Assembly (NCBI GenBank): GCA_023231475.1
Contig: JALJEE010003057.1
Coordinates: 1 to 64,000 of the forward strand
Source: Seison nebaliae
Taxonomy: Eukaryota
Reading direction: 5' to 3'
Length of the DNA: 64,000 bases
In this document: piece by piece, positions 24,507 through 39,093 of the stretch
Position numbering within the stretch: the first letter of the stretch is position 1
Layout of the letters: each line of letters starts with the position of its first letter
The notes under the pieces: generated by a model
What the model was told of the DNA's origin: nothing
The model's input: the letters and a program-made list of their open reading frames with translations, nothing else
The model's database searches: none
Made by a program: the position numbers and the translations under genes

Positions 24507-24772
24507 AATACGAAATTTATGAAGAAACTGATCGAACAAAGTGATAACGGAATTAATGAATAGACGATGATTAAAATAATTATGCAGATAGTTATCATTA
24601 CGATAACGAATTGATTCTCCTTCACCAAATCTTTTGACCGAAGACGAATTTTCGACAATCTATCATTTTTCTGTTCCATCGTCTCTAAATCTTCCATTTC
24701 TCTACGACTAATTCTCAATAGTGAAATTCTATATTTTCTCGTTCTCAATTCACCATAGGCACTTGAATACAT
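24503..24772 (-). CDS. Small hypothetical protein with a C-terminal transmembrane segment
   Basis: 89-aa ORF with a charged N-terminal half followed by FVIVMITICIIILIIVYSLI. Confidence 0.45.
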   Translation of the reverse strand: MYSSAYGELRTRKYRISLLRISRREMEDLETMEQKNDRLSKIRLRSKDLVKENQFVIVMITICIIILIIVYSLIPLSLCSISFFINFVF

Positions 24773-25566
24773 TTTCTATCGTAATAAATTCAAAGTATGT
24801 GCTATGTTTCATTGTTTTTTCTTCGTTAATCAAATGTTAATTACTCGTAGAGGATTATTGTTACATCATAAAAATTTTTCTATTGTCCTTAACAATATAC
24901 TCAAACAATAAAACTTTCTTCTATTTACAATTTTGAAATTTTATTTTTCTTCTATAATTTATCTTTTTATATAAATTCCACATAAATTATTATTGTTCTG
25001 TTGTTTTAAATGTTTAACAATCTCCGTCTACCAATCCAAACTGTAAGACATGAATTGACGTTCTATTAGAAAACTAGACAATTAAATTATTGGAATAACT
25101 AAATTTCAACCAATATGGTATTATATAGCATCATCATAGAAAATTGGGTTTAACACAGTCTCATTGGTTCTATTGCATTTTTGAAAAATGGCACTTCTAC
25201 ATTTCGGAATCAAACGTAAATTATTTTTAATCTGGGTTTGGTTTATTGAAATCATAATCATCAGATTGTTGATGATTCATGGAATCGATGAGATCAATCA
25301 TTTCTACTGCATTTTTACCCTTTTCGTTTTTTTTAATTAGAACATTTATTAATCAGAACAAATTTATTATTTACTCATTATTATTTACACTACTGTTTAA
25401 TCCGATTCAATAGAATATTTTAATATTTTGAATATGAAAACTAACTATTCAGAAAATTGAATGAATTATTAGTTAGAATTATAATTCTAGAATCAATACA
25501 AAGTAATTATTACTAATTCTTTTTAAATTGAAAGCTGATCTATTTGAAATTTTCACTGAAATCACT

Positions 25567-25682
25567 TTAAGTGTTCGGACAGTTCTCAACCTTCTATTAA
25601 GTGTTCGGACAGTTCTCAACCTGCGTTTTCTATTTTCGGACAGTTCTCAACCTTTTGAGAAAAAGAGGTCAGTTCTCAACCT
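25567..25682 (+). repeat. Degenerate ~30-nt tandem repeat, four copies of core CAGTTCTCAACCT
   Basis: Core at 25580, 25610, 25641 and 25670. The first two units share TTAAGTGTTCGGACAGTTCTCAACCT. Confidence 0.92.
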
Positions 25683-26161
25683 CCAAACATAATGAAAATT
25701 GAACTGCAAAAATAATAACCGTACATAAAAATCTTCCGGAGGACCGTTATTAATTGATAATCTGATAACTGTTATGTTAGCCACATTATATACTTTATAG
25801 GTTTATCTGGAACAATGAATCACAGGTAAAGATTAAGAAAGAAGTTTAAGCCATCCAATTAATACGTAAATTGAGTTCTATTTGGCACAACTAATCGTTT
25901 TATAAATATTATACAATATATTGACATTGCATTGACATATATTGCAATAAATTTGATTATTGCTGCTAATATTGTTATTCTCTAAATGTTCAACATTAAA
26001 CTACCGTAAATGTTCAATTTTGAGGATGACGAAGAATGGAGGAGATTTCTATCACGAAATGAATTCCTGCATCGGGAAATATTCTCAACAGTATTTGCAA
26101 CATCTGCATCATCTTCAACTACTTCATTTCAACTATCAGAATAAGAAACTTTTTTTTTGAC

Positions 26162-26734
26162 ATGTCGAATAATGATAAAAATATTAAGAGTGGTGAAGAA
26201 AAGAAAGGGGACGACCCTAAGGAAATTCATCATACTCTATCGCCGAACAGCGTCACCATCAAAGTAATGATGGAAGCACTTGATGCTGAATCATCGAACA
26301 ACACTGATACGAAAAATAAACCAACCGATAGAAAGAACAATGGAAAGAACCAAATAAAGAAAAGAGCGAGATCTTCTTTCGAGGGTAGAAGAACGAAAAC
26401 TCCAAGTTCCAAAAGAACTAACATGTCAAATAACAACGGGAATTATCAGAATATGGATTACTTGAGGACACGTACGACCGTTCTTCTTCCAATTCCGAAG
26501 AAAAAAGTGTCCGTTATCGTTAGCGGTTTCACACCTAAAGTGACGTGTTCGGAAACTGAAAACTTCCCGAAGTCACAGAATATAAAAGCAAGTTCAATTG
26601 CAAAAAGAAAAGGTGAAGGTGACGAAGAAAATTATATGTCTGCTATGTTTCACATATCGACTGATTCGACGTATGCTGACAAATTAGCCAACTGTGACAC
26701 TTGGTCGTCATATACATCTTTTAATCGATTCTAG
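26162..26734 (+). CDS. Hypothetical hydrophilic protein, 190 aa, intronless
   Basis: Long ATG-initiated ORF, K/N/S-rich, no recognised motif. Confidence 0.5.
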   Translation: MSNNDKNIKSGEEKKGDDPKEIHHTLSPNSVTIKVMMEALDAESSNNTDTKNKPTDRKNNGKNQIKKRARSSFEGRRTKTPSSKRTNMSNNNGNYQNMDYLRTRTTVLLPIPKKKVSVIVSGFTPKVTCSETENFPKSQNIKASSIAKRKGEGDEENYMSAMFHISTDSTYADKLANCDTWSSYTSFNRF

Positions 26735-27566
26735 GAAGATTCTCCCATTGGAAAATTCCCCATAAAAATTTTAAAAAATTTTTTATTGTCATTTTTTTCA
26801 ATGAATTTTTTTCTTAATCACAAAAAATTGCTAAAAACATGCTCTTTCGAATGTGCTATAAATAAGTGAAAATAGATTCGTATTAGATATAGAATTTTCA
26901 AAAAAAGTAAACTCAATTAGTGAAAAATCTTTTTCTCCCTTTTTGATAACTTTAAGCCACTGCACTTGATAGTTAGCAGTTATAAATTTGAATTTTGATG
27001 ATATTTTTGGGTTCTCTAGAGTAAGTAGATATGATTTAAACAAAAAAATATGAAAATCGGTTCAGTATAACATGATTAATTGCTTGTAGAAAATCGTAAT
27101 ATTTTAGCAAAAATGGTAGATAGGATATTATAGATTCCAGGTTATATTTCTTACAATTTTTTAAATTTTTTTTGTGTTTTTTTCATTATTCTTTTCATTA
27201 TATCCTTTGATAATATTTTAAAGTTTATTGAAGAATTAGGTATTAGAATTACTAGAAATTGTATTAGAAACTAGACGAAGGAATTGTACAAATCATCATT
27301 ATAGATGAGATCAAATTATTGCAATTTTTTATAGTTTCTCATATTTGTTCAAAATATCTGTTTATTTTACAATTATTATTCCCAATGCCTCAAAAGGGGA
27401 ATTGAAGAGCTTATGACTTAATAAGATCAATAAACCGAATATTAATAATTCAGTAAAGATTGAGAAATGAGAAGACGTGTCACAAGTCGTTTAAGCCAAA
27501 GTGACGACTGAACGTTATAGTCAACTTGATTTAACGGTAAAATAATTTCATTATTCCTCGACAATT

Positions 27567-30500
27567 ATGAGCTATGCTGTGGATGGTAAAGAAGATACGG
27601 CGACAGTTGAAGATAATGAGAAATGCTTGAATAAAATCTGCTTGGAGTTTCCCTTTCACTTAAATTTAATGTTTATTCTAACCTAAATAGTTTGATAGAG
27701 TTTCTCTCGTCATCACAAAATGAAGCTCGAATGATCAGCGTTACTGAACTAGTCGAGAATTTGAGTTTTTTTCCCAGTTTTTCTACTTAAAAATTGAATT
27801 TCCCTTATAAAAGAGTCGTCGAAGAGACGTGCTTACGACATTATTAATGTGTTGGAGAGTTTGGAGATAATGGCAAGATTGGAAAAGAATAATTACTATT
27901 ATTTCGGCAGGAAATTTTTACCAAACACTTTATCCAAATTAAAAGTTTTATTTTTCTTAAATTAGTTCTCATCCTAATTTTTTGAATACCTAATTAAGAC
28001 ATTCTGTAAATTGAGTCGATTCAAAGAGTATGCGGTCAAAACTTTAAGGAAATTCAACGACAGTGAATTTACCCCAATTTCCATCATGAAGGAAGTGAAT
28101 GCAGATGACAAGAAAGGAATAATTGAATTACCAGATACATGTACTTTCGATAAGTTTCTTTCTTGTTACTTCTCTAAACTATGAAAAACTTTTGAAGAAA
28201 AAGAAGACGATTTAAATCAGCTTTCAATGGATCTGTTAACAGGAAAGCCGATTCTCCCGAAAATGATGATAATATGGCAGTTGACGAACAAACTGAAGGT
28301 AATTCCGATGGTTTGAATGCTTGTCCTTATGCGCGATCGGATACGATGAATATGAAACAAATGATCTTTACCTCATGTCAATTTAATGTGAATATTCTCA
28401 AACAACTGACTTATGAGAAAGGTTAATATTATTTTAGATTCAAAAATTCAAATTTACAATCGTATTAGGCTATTGTACGTCGACTGATTTCATACAAAAT
28501 TGTTTCCCTCAATTATTCGCTAATATCAACACAGCGAATCGATGTCAATTCAACCGAATTATTTCATCTCAATCTTTCTGGTCTGTATTCGGTTGTGCAT
28601 CCGAAATGGTGAAACTTCAAATTTTGCCATTATTCCAAAATATGGTAGCACACCAAAAATTGTCGCGAACGTTAGAAGAATTATCTCAATTTGAAAATAT
28701 AGTTCAAGTGGATAATCCATCAATTTTGAAAATTCAATTGGCTGAATTGCATCGACTGATGGTGGAGAGTACGGACAAATATTGTGGAGGTTATTTTATA
28801 AATGTTCTGATAGAAATTTCATTGAAGAATCTTCATTCATAAAATTGTTGAAATTTGAAATAGTGAGACCGGATGAGATGTCTTTAGGAATCCTTTCACA
28901 GAAGTTTCTGATGATACTATTGATTGATGATGTAAAGAAATTTGTTGATAAGAAGAAATTGTTCATTTTTTTAAGTTCTCTTCATTTTCTTTTCGGTTCC
29001 ATTTTATTATAATTATTTTTTAAAATTTCTTTTTAAATTCATTATTAAATTTAATTTAAGTTCAATATCGTTGAATTGTAGTTTAATCGTTTCAATTTTA
29101 TCGATTATTTTTTAGATAAAATTCGTCTCGTTGGAAGATTCGGCGAAGATCCTCCTGGGAAAACATGGCGACTTCTGTCGAGAAGATATGTTTATGAAAT
29201 ATAAAAGTTCTCTAATTCTTTCGAAATAAAGAATAAATAAACGAAAATTTTCGTTTATTTTTTTAGCGAAAATTCGACGATTATACGATATTGCGAAAAT
29301 TTTGTCTGCTTTGCGGTTAGTTGAAAGGAAATTTTCCAATGTTTTTGGGAGATACGTTTATACTTACTGCGGACCACCGGTCACTACGTACAACGATTGT
29401 AAATCATCAATCGATTTACTTTATGCAGGTTTTGGAGGTATTTCGTATAAACATTCGATTTTTGATTTGTATCGGAAACATTTCGGTCACTGTTGGTCGA
29501 CGTTGCAATTTGATGAAGATACTGGATGTATTAAATCGTTAGATAATGTAATTGATAAGCAGAATTTGACAAATGGAAATGTTATGCAAAATTCGAGTAG
29601 TATAGTGTTGGAAGATAATGGTATGAACGGAAAGATGATGGTGGTGGATGATAATGAGAAACAAATGGAGACATTGAAAATAATGAATATCGATGATGAG
29701 GGTAATAAGACGGAGGAGATACGACAGTTCCATGGACAATTATTGACGAAGAGAGATGGTAAATTGGTACCAGTGATGATGACAAAACCGATGATGGAAT
29801 CGATGGGAAATGAAGTACAATGGAAACCGTTGCCAATTGGAGATGTATTTGTTGAATGTAATTTATTGAAAAGTAAAGCGAAATTGATCGCTACGTTACC
29901 GGTGGATGGTCTTCCAACTAATATGGATTTTATTTCACTTTTGAATCAAGTCGATTATTATGAGTATCAGATTAGTAAAGGAAGTTTTTGTCTCTTCACT
30001 AAAGACAAACGAACAACTGTAGATTTCGATCAATTGTCAATTGAGATAAATCGTCAACAGAAATGTTATATAAGGAATATAAATGCATTCAAAAAATATC
30101 TTTGTCAAGATAAAGTTCTGAGTAGTGAGAATGCACATTTGAATCGAATAAATCCATTTTCACTGAGAGGATTCTTTATTCAATTTAAAAACATCAAATG
30201 TGCAATTCTCTTCTTTATTTTCGTTCAGAAACATATACGATTAATGCATGTTGGTGGTCAAGTACAAATTCGAGTATTGACAGAAGTGAAAGAAGATTGT
30301 TATGTGGATGTTCCGATGAATAATTATGGATATGATTATCGATCGAATAAACCGGTGAAAAATAATTCGAGAGAACAAGTAAGAGAATGTTCGACAATTT
30401 CCACATCGAAAAATTTGATATTTTCAAAAACTGATAATAATAATTTATCGAGATTGACTTATGAGGATGATGATAAACAAACCTTTCTAGTTAATAAAGC

Positions 30501-33500
30501 GATCGGTGCACCGAAAGATTTCATAAAAACGAATCGTAAACGGAAAATTAAAGATGATTCTGATAATTCGTCAATGAATTTATATCAACAATATTTCCAA
30601 TATCAACAAATGGTTCTCCAACAACAACAACAACAACAATTACCTAATTTGGACGAATTCACATCTCAACAATATCCTCCCATATTTTATCCGTTCGATA
30701 ATGGTGTTCTACCACCAAATCAACAACAACCACAACCACCACCACCACCACCACCAGATACCCAATATCCAATTGGAGGTGATGGTGTTTTTTATCCATC
30801 TAATAATATAAATGCGATGATGGTACAAAACTTCTATCCCCCACCAGATGTTGTTAATCCGATGTGGATAAATCAATCTCAGAAATCAATAGAAAATGAA
30901 CAACAACATGAAATGAGTGATTTGGAAACGATCAATTTCAACAACAATAACAACAATGATACGAAAGGTGAAATGGATGAACAGAATCAGTTTAATAATT
31001 CAAATAATGAAGGAAATAATGAGAATGAACAGACTGAACAAGTTACTCAACAAGAAGATCAACAATACAATTATAATTATTATAATTCTTCCAGTACTTA
31101 TATGAGTTATCCTAAAGTTGAATATCATTATAATTATTATTCTTCATTACCACCACCCACTTCTAATGAGACTTTTGTAATGCCACAATTATGTTCCGAT
31201 GATATGTCACAATTGCCATCAATAACTCATGGAACGAATGGAGAAATGAATCAGATGTTTGGAACACCAACCACAACTCCCTTAATACATCCACAAATTT
31301 CCAATATTCCATTTCAATTCGCACCTCTCTCAACTCAGGAACAGATATTTATGAATAATCTCCCAGGGACTAGTGAAAATTCTTGTTCGAATTTTTATAA
31401 TGTTCATTCGAAAGTATTTGCAGGAATTTCTTATGTTCTTAATCATAACACCACTCGAATAATGTCAATGAATATCACAAATTTAATTCTTCCATCTGAT
31501 TTAATTGGAATTCCCTTATTAACCGGTCATCAACATCATCATCGATGTGATGTCCAAAAATCGAGATCACTCGCCAATGTGCATGTGGGGAGAATTGAGA
31601 ATTTTGGATCGAATCGATATAAACGTCGTTCAGCTTCTATTAATATTGGAGAGTTGACTCGTTTACGTTCACTTAATGATTCAGCTACTAAACCTGATCC
31701 ATTACTCAGACGACATCCATTATTCATTTCTATTCAACTCTCTATTCTAGTCCAAATGTATTATTTGATACATTCTAATTTCTACATTTCATCTTTAAAA
31801 AATCCCTTATCTAAATTATATAATGTTCTTACTTGTTATCAATCGAAATTACAAAAACATTATATTGATCATTTGAAAAAATGTTCGCAGAAAAGTGAAC
31901 AAATGAGTCAAGAACAACAAGAAACTTCTAATCAACATCATCCACAAGAGAAGTTGGAGAAAGAAGATTTTCTATCAACATGTGTCATAAATAAGGAAGT
32001 AGAAGAAGAAATTGATGATGATGAGGATGATGGAACATCTTCGAAATATACAAAACTTTCAACTTGTACAGATGTCGAAAATAAAGGTGAATTATGTCCC
32101 ACTAAATATTTGTGTTCCACTCCAGTTTTGGAATCGATGCCAAAAATTTCGATTGATTTGAATGAATTGAGAAATCAACCGAATGCAAAACAAAGACGTC
32201 GAATCATTTCCATCAAAAAGGAGATTAGACGATATTTGAAATATTATGAGAAATTGTTAGCTGGTGGTAATTTACGTACTAGAAAAATGGGCGTTATTGA
32301 CGCAGCTACCACATTCCATCAAATCGTTAAATTGATCGAAGAGAAGAAAGAGTTAGGAAGTGACGATGAAAATATTGACGAATTACTTTATCGATATTTG
32401 CATTTATCTACAAAATTGTTGAATATAAATGCTGATGTAGATCCATCAAGAAATCGTCAGATCGAACCAGCCGAACGATCGAATGCAATCAATCAAATAT
32501 TGAAACAAAGACATCTTCTAATTCGAGAAATTTGTGATTTGGAGAATTTGAAGAAAGAAGGAATCGATTTATCACCTGAAGCACAACTTTTATATAACGA
32601 CGTGAAATTGTTGGACGAGACGACCATTCAATTAGTTCAATTCTCTTTATTATCTAAACGTTTCTTCTCTGAATCTTCAATGAATGATTCAGCGTCATCT
32701 TCTTCCACATTTGCTGTTAACAATTTTTCCACATTACCATCAGTTAATACTCTGTCGAAAAAACGAGAAGAGAATAAAAAGAATAATGATTATAATCAAT
32801 CCACTAATTCAATATCAAATCAAATGATGATAGGAGAAAGTCGAAATAATCGAACAAATTATAATTTTTATGAAAATTCCAGAAATGATCCTTCAACTCG
32901 ACCCACACAAATTTATAATTATTACACTTCCAATTCGATTTCTCAACATGGAAGAGAGGAAAATACATTAATCAAATCAGAAACGAACAGTCAAATTTTG
33001 GATAATTCTCACAACTTTCGAAACGATGAACAGAATTTGAATAATCAAAAAATCCAAGAAAAATTATCCAATTCTCTCTCTAATCAAAAATTGACGAATA
33101 AAATTTATTATAATATGTCCAATATAGATAAAGATTGTGCGATATTAGCGTCTGGTATCGTCAATTCTTATAACGACAAATATTCATGTTATATTCCAGA
33201 AAATAATCATCTACCTCAACGACAATCAGAATTATCGGAGGAGCAACGGCAAACTTCCTCAAGAAATACGGAAACTATTCCGCCCAATTATACTCCAATT
33301 TATTATCCGATGATGTACAATCGTCCGGCGATGTCCTTCTATGAACCGCAACCACCTCAGGTATCCCAACAAGATTATTATAGTTATATGCACAATCTCG
33401 CATCAAACAAACAAAATAATGTTCCCCATGAGTACATGTCGAAACAAAATCAAGTAGACGATAATAGTCCTGTCGAAATCAGAACACAGAAAGTGGAGAA

Positions 33501-33570
33501 TCAATCAGAAATTATTTTTGAGAAAGAAAAAGTATGTGCTTCGTCAAAAGAATACGCCGAAGAATTTTAA
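27567..33570 (+). CDS. Atypical E2F (E2F7/E2F8 type) with two DNA-binding domains and a ~1400-aa C-terminal exon
   Basis: DBD1: KRRAYDIINVLESLEIMARLEKNNYYYFGRKFLPNTL (~27820-27945). DBD2: SLGILSQKFLMILL / ISLEDSAKILLG / TKIRRLYDIAKILSALRLVERK..YTYCGP, continuing into ORF 29302-33570. Exons between the two domains are only partly resolved. Confidence 0.88.
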
Positions 33571-36500
33571 GATTTCGAGCTAACAGTAATCTTCTTTGTT
33601 TTTTGTTATAGTTAAACTTTACAATTTTGTTCAATATTTATTTCAAAATAAAATCAACTTTTTTATAAATTCCACAACAACTTCTCTCTAATTTAATCCG
33701 TCTTATCGACCATAGTATAGAACGGTCGATTAGAGGATTTAAACCTAATTTGAATTCCATTGTAATTGAAATTTAAAATCTCAACATCCAACAAAAATTT
33801 GAATTTGCAGAAGAAGTTGTTTACAAGGAATTACACTTTTCTAGGAATAAAATTGCGGGTTTCAACATTCTAAAATAAATGATCGTCGGTTGAATTATGA
33901 TAGATATAGCCAACATAAAGAAATTTCAATGTCTAAAATTTACTGTTATGCACTATCGTCACAGAAATTATCATTTATTTGCCATCATTCCATTAAATAA
34001 ACTTTCATAGCGAAAATTGTTTATCTTCCATTTTTGTTATTGTTAAACTTTTTTACTTAATATTTATTTAAGAATAAAATCGAACTTCTTCAGCTCTTCA
34101 AGATAATACATTCATTCTGATAAATGTCCTATCATACGTCTTTTTATTCATTTAACTCCATCGCACAGTTAAAGAGAAATCATTTAAAAAATTTATTATG
34201 TCGGCAAATGAGGAGAATACTATGTAAACATATGATTAAGTTTCAATGAAAAATTCAATTTCCATATATCTATTTATATACACAATATCATCTTATGTAA
34301 TTATACACTCTTTGAGACGGAATAATTTAAAATATTTCCCCAATCTAATTTTATTTCATACTTATAAGTTAGAATTAATATATATTAGGATAAAATATAT
34401 TTTATCCAATAATTATAAATAATAATAATTAATCGTCTTTTAATTATTCACTTTGTTTATTAATTTGTTTAGGAAACGTATTATTATGCTTATTCCATTC
34501 AATATTATAATTAAACTAAAACATTAGAAGACTTCAACAATTATTAATCATTCATCAATTATTTTACAATTTGTTAGTCTTCTCGCTTTCTAATTAGTAC
34601 GAATGAAAATTCTTGTTTAACGAATAAAATATTTTCTCAAACGGATTGGGAATTGATGAAAATGGTCGGAAATATTATTGGAAGTAAATAAGGTGGAAGA
34701 GAGCATTGCAAGTTCGTAAGAGCAAATGTAAAGAATGTCATTTAACTTTCTGTATTTAACCTCTTCACCAAGAATTGAATAAAATAATGCAAGTCGATTC
34801 CGAATGCATCCTATTCCCAAAAGAAATAAATATGAAAGAAATGGATCGGATGTCGTATAATAGAACGAATACAATCGTCCTATATTCAATCGATCCATTC
34901 TTTATCATATTTCTTCCATCTATACTATTCTGTTGTTTGGTGCCTTTGGAATGATGCCTAAGACGATTCATTGTCAACACTGCTCCTTCCCATATATTTC
35001 CATGTTAGTTGATAAGTTGAATTCGTCGTAGAATTCAAATAATATTCATCTGGAATTACATCTGTTTGTAACATCTTCCAATAAAACGACTTCTTCTTAT
35101 ACGTAACAAAGAAATCAGTTAATTTCAATGTAATATTTCCTAATTTCATTTCAGGATTCTTCCATTTCTAAATAGCACGCTTTCCTTGACACTTAATCTC
35201 CTCTTAACTCGCCCAATGAACAACTCACAAACAGATCATTTTATTTCGTCAAATTCCGTGAACTGTCTACGAATATATAAATACTGATTACCTGTTACTC
35301 ACCATCATACTTATCAACTTATTAGGTAGAATATGCATAATGTATTTTTTACTATTTTCAAATTATAAAACTTTGTTCAAACGACGAACATATGAACGTT
35401 CCTTTTTCTTTTGTCCATTCGAATTTTATATCAATTATTCATGAATTTATATTGGAAAAAATTTTGAAAAAATAAAATACGATAAAGGTAATCGATATAA
35501 TAGAAAATGAACTAAAATCATTCGAAGCAGTGGACGTTTTAAGAAGTGTCTTAAACAAAAATGTTTTAACGTATCAAGAGTTTTTTAGTTTTTTAAATGT
35601 GTTATTTCGTCAACCTATGCTTTTCACTGTTCTGTATACGATCTTTGTATATTTTCTTAATTCTTTGAACATGAAGTTGAAGTGAAAAAAGTTTGTAAGC
35701 TATCCTACTCGTAACATTGATCAAAATACGTGATAGTTATGGATATAGTAATTTTTATAAGAAAACTATACAAATTTGTGTGATTAAGTTGGAACAAGTT
35801 TAAAGGACCGTTCCACGATTGCATTACGTGTTTGTGATTATTGAATATTCGTGTTACGTATTGAATTACGTACATATTATTTTACTGTGTCAATGTGAAA
35901 GAATGCAGAAGGTTTTCAAAATTTCTCCAGTTGCCCCAAACTAACCCAACAAGTTTATTTATTTCACTTGAACAGTTCGACGGGAGTTCGACGGAGAAAT
36001 TTGCACTTGCTTTAACTTTACTGAACTGTATACGAATAATTAGATAATATTACCAACTTCAAATACTTTTCAAATAATTTCAGTTGCTCTTTTTCCTTTT
36101 TGATGTTGGAATTGACTGAAAATGTTTCACATTCGAACATTCAATCTCGTCTGGAAATGTATCAAACATACACATTTCCTTAACAGTCATTAGGGGGTAA
36201 TTCACTGAATCCAAATGAAATAATCGGAATCGATAACAATTTTATACTGTCGCTCTTAATGGTAATGTTATTTAATGGAAAAGGAAGAATTTCATTTAAT
36301 CGGAATGTATGATATAATAAGCAAAAAGAAGAAAAGGTTTGTCACAATTTCTAATCAGAAACTTTCGTGCTTCTTCCTATTGGAATGAATTCAACATTCC
36401 CCTTTCAGATTTATTCTTTTGACTTTTTACCAAATGAGATATAAAGGAAATTAAGGAATGTACTATTAGGTAATTACATACAAGTTATTGAAATTTATAT

Positions 36501-39093
36501 AATGTCTTAATATATTCGTAGTAGTGGCAGATAAACATATGCATATAAATTAGAATTAATATCTCTAATAGATGTTGACAGTGGAGATGTTGGTAGGTAG
36601 AAAAGAGGAAACATTTCATAAATTTGGTATGTGATGTAGGATTAGGAAGTGGAGAAACACCTTACATTTAAACTAACCTTAGATATCAGACTTTGTCTCA
36701 TAAGAAAAGTTACATTGTTGTTGGAAGAATAACATTAATGAAGTTCTTGGATCTTTAAGAGGAAATAATAGTTGTCAAATGCAAATGCTAATCATTCCTT
36801 ATCTTCCATCTATTCTGCTTAATAACAATGTATCTGTCTTTCTTCCTACATATAATAGTCGTTGAATAGTATTAGGATGGAGAAACAGTTGAAAAATGTA
36901 GGAAATAATGAGAAACTATAAGATTGGCAGAGTGAAGAAGATAGAAGAAAAGAATTATTTATGAAAATTATCAATCGACGTCGTGCACATTCGACTTCTC
37001 ATACAGTATGTAAGTCATTCATATAAAATTCGTTCATATAAGGTTGTCCCGCATCCCACCCCATCACATATAGATCACCAACACTTCTCCTCCTCAATCG
37101 TATAAGAAATTTTATTATTCCAAGATACTGTCGGAGAATATCTGACTCTTTTATTTTCCATTCGTCAATTTCATCAAACATGATAAGGAGATGAAGCGTA
37201 AGACTTCGGTCGCATGTCGAACACATTCATCAGCCAAATAAAATTCATTTACGATCAACTAATTATTTCGATGTGTTTTTCGCAGAGTTTCAAATTGTTT
37301 CGTTCGTCAATCTATTATGTTTCCCACTCCATCCCACCAATTTACTCTGCAGCTATTTCTCATTAATTCCCAATAACTGCAATAGATACATCGGATAGAA
37401 AGGCAATCTATACTAATTTATTCGTCAATTGCTTTTATTCCACTTGACGAGATGAATGATAGCGTTCAACGATTAAAGCGAAAAAAAATTGCTAAATGTT
37501 TATCCAGCTGCTTTCAATGAGTGGATTCTGTAACATTCTTTTTTATCTATTCTTTTTCCAATTCATTTGGATAACAATCATATAGATCATGTCAATCATA
37601 ATAATAATTCACTTTCGAGGAAGAACAATTTATAGATCGATGCTCGAGTTAAATGTCAACGATCGGATTAATTTATTGTTTCTTTTCTCATCCTTATTTA
37701 CTTTCCCAGAAGAAAATTAGCCCCCGTAAATATTGGAAATAAACCGAAACCATTCAGTTCCGCTATTTTACGTACCCTAGAAATGCATCATCATGTAGTA
37801 TAAATGTTTCGATTTGAAACAAAACAGTAAAATGAAAATTTCACAAAAAAAACCATAAAACCATTTCTGTCGTTTTCATATGTCCTCTATATATAACATA
37901 GTTAAATGAAAGTGTTATAAAAATGTTATTTCATCAAGATAATCAGACAAATTACACATAAGATGAGATAATTCAAGCGAATTTTATTAAAAAAAAATTC
38001 TTCAAACGCTCAAGGATAAAAAAGGAAAGATTATATTAAAATTTATTGAATCAATTAGCAATTTAAATATTATCCCGAAAGCTAATTTGAGGATTTTATC
38101 TTTTATTACTTGACACGTTATGTTATGAGAATTTTTTATGTTTTTTTTAAAAGAAAATCACGAAATTTCTATGTACTACACTAATCGTCAGAATAAGGAT
38201 TAGGAGAAAGTGTTATATGAATTATTTCGTTAATATTTATTAATGATGAACAAATAAACCTTTTATGAAATCAGATATAAATTTACGTAATTTCCAAAAT
38301 TTGTTCTTTATTCAAATTTTTTATTGCGAACGAATGATTTAATGGAGGAGGGCGTGCGCTTATTGTGGACTATTTCATCGGATGTATTTAAACGATTATA
38401 TTATTCTTTATCGATTCTTTTCCATAAAACCTTTCAGAAGATGACAAGTTTTAATCGATAGTATTATCATGCTCGATGATGTCAACTATTTTTCTCATGT
38501 GTCAATTTAGACCTTCCTCCTACTTTTAATTAGTGTTCAATATTAGGCAGCACAACAATTATTTTGCTTCTTCTTAAACATAACGCTGCATCGTCAACCA
38601 ATTAATCATTTGTCTCATAACCATCTATGTTTCGTGCGATGTTTCGCTACTAAACGAATAACTTTAACTTTCACTGAATAATTTGTAAGTTTGTGTGAAT
38701 GCGATGAGACATTGGGAATAAAAGAAATTCTTATTGAAGTTGAAAAAGTTCTAAAAAGAGAAGAGAAATTACGATGAGTCTAGATCAAATGTATCTTAAA
38801 GTTAAACATGATAATATATTCGTGCAGACAAATGCACTAATCTTTTATTCTAAATCTTTTCCATATTAAATATTCTTACCCATTTACTGTAGTTCGAATG
38901 CATATCAGATTATTTTTCTGTTTGCAATAAATAATAAAAAATATTTCCGTTTCTTTACTAAAATATTATCCGTCGATCTAATGTGAATGAATTAAAGCAA
39001 CATCAATTTATCACTTAAAGGGGAACTAAAAAATTTTCTTTCTCATTTGGATTTTTTAGATGTGTTTTCATTCAGTTCAATTATTGGTTTAAA

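Noticed and set aside
25567..25682. CRISPR-like repeat/spacer appearance
   Set aside because: The core is only 13 nt, the intervening sequences are ~17 nt and partly related to each other, there are no cas genes, and the context is eukaryotic.
29236..29259. 24-nt palindrome AATAAACGAAAATTTTCGTTTATT in an E2F intron
   Set aside because: Short and very AT-rich, so plausible by chance; no other support.
36999..37226. LIMFDEID resembling an ATPase Walker B motif
   Set aside because: No Walker A or extendable frame nearby; too short to call.
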